Shown: one piece after another, positions 61,906 to 64,000 of the stretch | Layout of the letters: each line of letters opens with the position of its first letter | Numbering within the stretch: position 1 is the first letter of the stretch | NCBI RefSeq assembly: GCF_006345805.1 | Contig: NC_042999.1 | Coordinates: 157,046,001-157,110,000 of the forward strand | Origin: Octopus sinensis | Taxonomy: Eukaryota | DNA length: 64,000 nt | Direction of reading: 5' to 3' | Position numbers and translations under genes: made by a program | The notes under the pieces: model-generated | Seen by the model: the letters and a program-made list of their open reading frames with translations, nothing else | What the model was told of the DNA's origin: nothing | Database searches by the model: none

Positions 61906-61965
61906 AAGTTATTCTGTAAATTGAGGGTAATGTCTAAGAAGTTGTCTTTAGTTAACTCATCGTCA
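61906..61965 (-). mobile_element. 60-bp Penelope-like RT fragment embedded in (TA)n
   Basis: Translates [20 protein letters not shown], matching the PLE motif NFLD(V/I)TLNL. Confidence 0.55.
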
Positions 61966-62039
61966 TATATACATACATATATATATATACATACATATAT
62001 ATATATATATATATAATATATATATATAATATTCATATA

Positions 62040-62070
<31 letters not shown>

Positions 62071-62141
62071 TTATGTATGTATATGTATGCATACATATAT
62101 GTATATATGTATGTATACATACATATATATATACATGCATC

Positions 62142-62183
<42 letters not shown>

Positions 62184-62550
62184 CACACATATGTACGTAG
62201 GTATTTATGTGTGTGTGTGTGTGTGTGTGTGTGAGTGTTAACCTTCCCCCACCCCCACCCCGCCTAACTGTCAATGAGCTGTAAACAATTTTTCATAATT
62301 TTGTGCTGACAGACTGTAACAATCTGACCTCCCCTCAATACTTTTATTATTATTGTGCGTAGCAGACTTATGCTCGTCCGGTTTCGGTTTCTGAGCCTAT
62401 GACACTGGGCCTTCCATCTGTTGTACTAAATTTGTTTTTTTCACAAGATTTACTTGTAAAATCGTGATATTTCTTAGTGACAAGGAAATATGGTACATAC
62501 ACACATACACAGGGAGAGAAAGAGACAGACAATGAAAGAGGGAGAGAGAT

Positions 62551-62581
<31 letters not shown>

Positions 62582-62617
62582 TAGCAATGACCAGCACTGA
62601 TAATGGCCAAATTTTAT

Positions 62618-62662
<45 letters not shown>

Positions 62663-62739
62663 CACTTACTGACATATATATAAGTACATATATATATGTG
62701 CATACACATGCTGACAATATATATATATATATAATATAT

Positions 62740-62781
<42 letters not shown>

Positions 62782-62820
62782 TATACATATGTATATATAT
62801 ATGTATATACATATATATAT

Positions 62821-63051
62821 CTATTTCTTTATTACCCACAAGGGGCTAAACACAGAGGGGACAAACAAGGACAGACATAGGTATTAAGTCGATTACATCG
62901 ACCCAGTGCGTAACTGGTACTTAATTTATCGACCCCGAAAGGATGAAAGGCAAAGTCGACCTCGGCGGAATTTGAACTCACAACGTAGCGACAGACGAAA
63001 TACCGCTAAGCATTTCGCCCGGCGTGCTAATGATTCTGCCAGCTCGCCGCC
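62821..63051 (-). mobile_element. SINE family B, full copy
   Basis: Reverse complement of the family B consensus. Confidence 0.9.
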
Positions 63052-63089
63052 TTTATATATATATCTATGTATGTTTGTGTGTATGCAAG

Positions 63090-63155
<66 letters not shown>

Positions 63156-63453
63156 TATATATACTAAATTAATAACTATACAAATAATTATATTAAAGGG
63201 TCCGGATTAACCACACCAAAAAAAAAAAAAATTTTTCAACTGCCTGATTACAACCTGTGCTAATGGAGTATTGAGGTGGTTTTTAGAACCATTTGGCATC
63301 TATTTCTAACGTCTTGGTGTGGTCAATCAGCACCCTTTAATATAATTATCTATATAATTATCAATTTGGTATAAAATGTTACTTACATGGTTTTTATTTC
63401 GTGCTGGCAATTTGATAAAGATCATTAAAGTGATTTTATCCCTAATTATATAT

Positions 63454-63492
<39 letters not shown>

Positions 63493-63595
63493 CACACACA
63501 CGCACACACACACACACATATATATATATTGGTAGAAACGGTAAGATAACAAAAGAAAGAAAGAGACCTAAATATTATGTAAATAGAGGAAATTT

Positions 63596-63808
63596 ATCTG
63601 TAAAATAATATTTGACAATTATTCAATAGCCTGAGTTTCAGATGCCGAGGTGGAGATCCACAACACCATCTCTTCGGTTATCTGGCACAAAACTGAAACA
63701 AAACAGATGGCCAAATAACCGAAGAGATGGTGTTGTGAATTTCCACCTCAGCATCCAAAACTCAGAGTTTTATCTTTGCTATTGAATAATTGTCACATAT
63801 TATTTCAC

Positions 63809-63812
<4 letters not shown>
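63596..63812. repeat. Fold-back (long inverted repeat) element
   Basis: Arms about 63596-63686 and 63709-63812, with a 12-nt insertion in the right arm. Confidence 0.85.
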
Positions 63813-63850
<38 letters not shown>

Positions 63851-63951
63851 TTATATATCTATACATATATATACATATGCATATATATATATATATACAT
63901 ATATATACATATGCATATATATATATATATATACATATATATACATATGCA

Positions 63952-64000
<49 letters not shown>

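Overview
AT-rich, microsatellite-dense eukaryotic DNA. The SINE/MITE families look like those of coleoid cephalopods, most likely Octopus (recognition, not a database result). One host gene is supported on the + strand. Its four phase-compatible coding exons are 17770-19698, 23713-23881, 40527-40637 and 42913-43237, giving at least 844 aa; the 5' exon(s) were not found. The product is a long Y/G/H/Q/N/R-rich low-complexity region, then a 12-cysteine EMI-like module, then an Arg-rich tail. Most of the remainder is transposon-derived. Retroelement relics: CR1, RTE, Tx1/L1, Hero (R2/NeSL group), Gypsy and Penelope-like. DNA elements: mariner, hAT, piggyBac-like, Merlin-like and Helitron-like. There are also several tRNA-derived SINE families and mini/microsatellites. 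The most striking signal is a set of type I hammerhead ribozyme (HHR) motifs in four unrelated repeat families. (1) A 353-bp-period, terminally redundant retrozyme-like element (41728-42169). (2) A tRNA-headed SINE with an HHR tail (14676-15282, second copy 52588-52735). (3) A Penelope-like element with a 545-bp inverted terminal duplication and an intact GIY-YIG ORF (46561-49228). (4) A Penelope-type terminal repeat with a variant CCGACGA core (59866-59900). All folds and alignments were done by eye and need computational and experimental confirmation.
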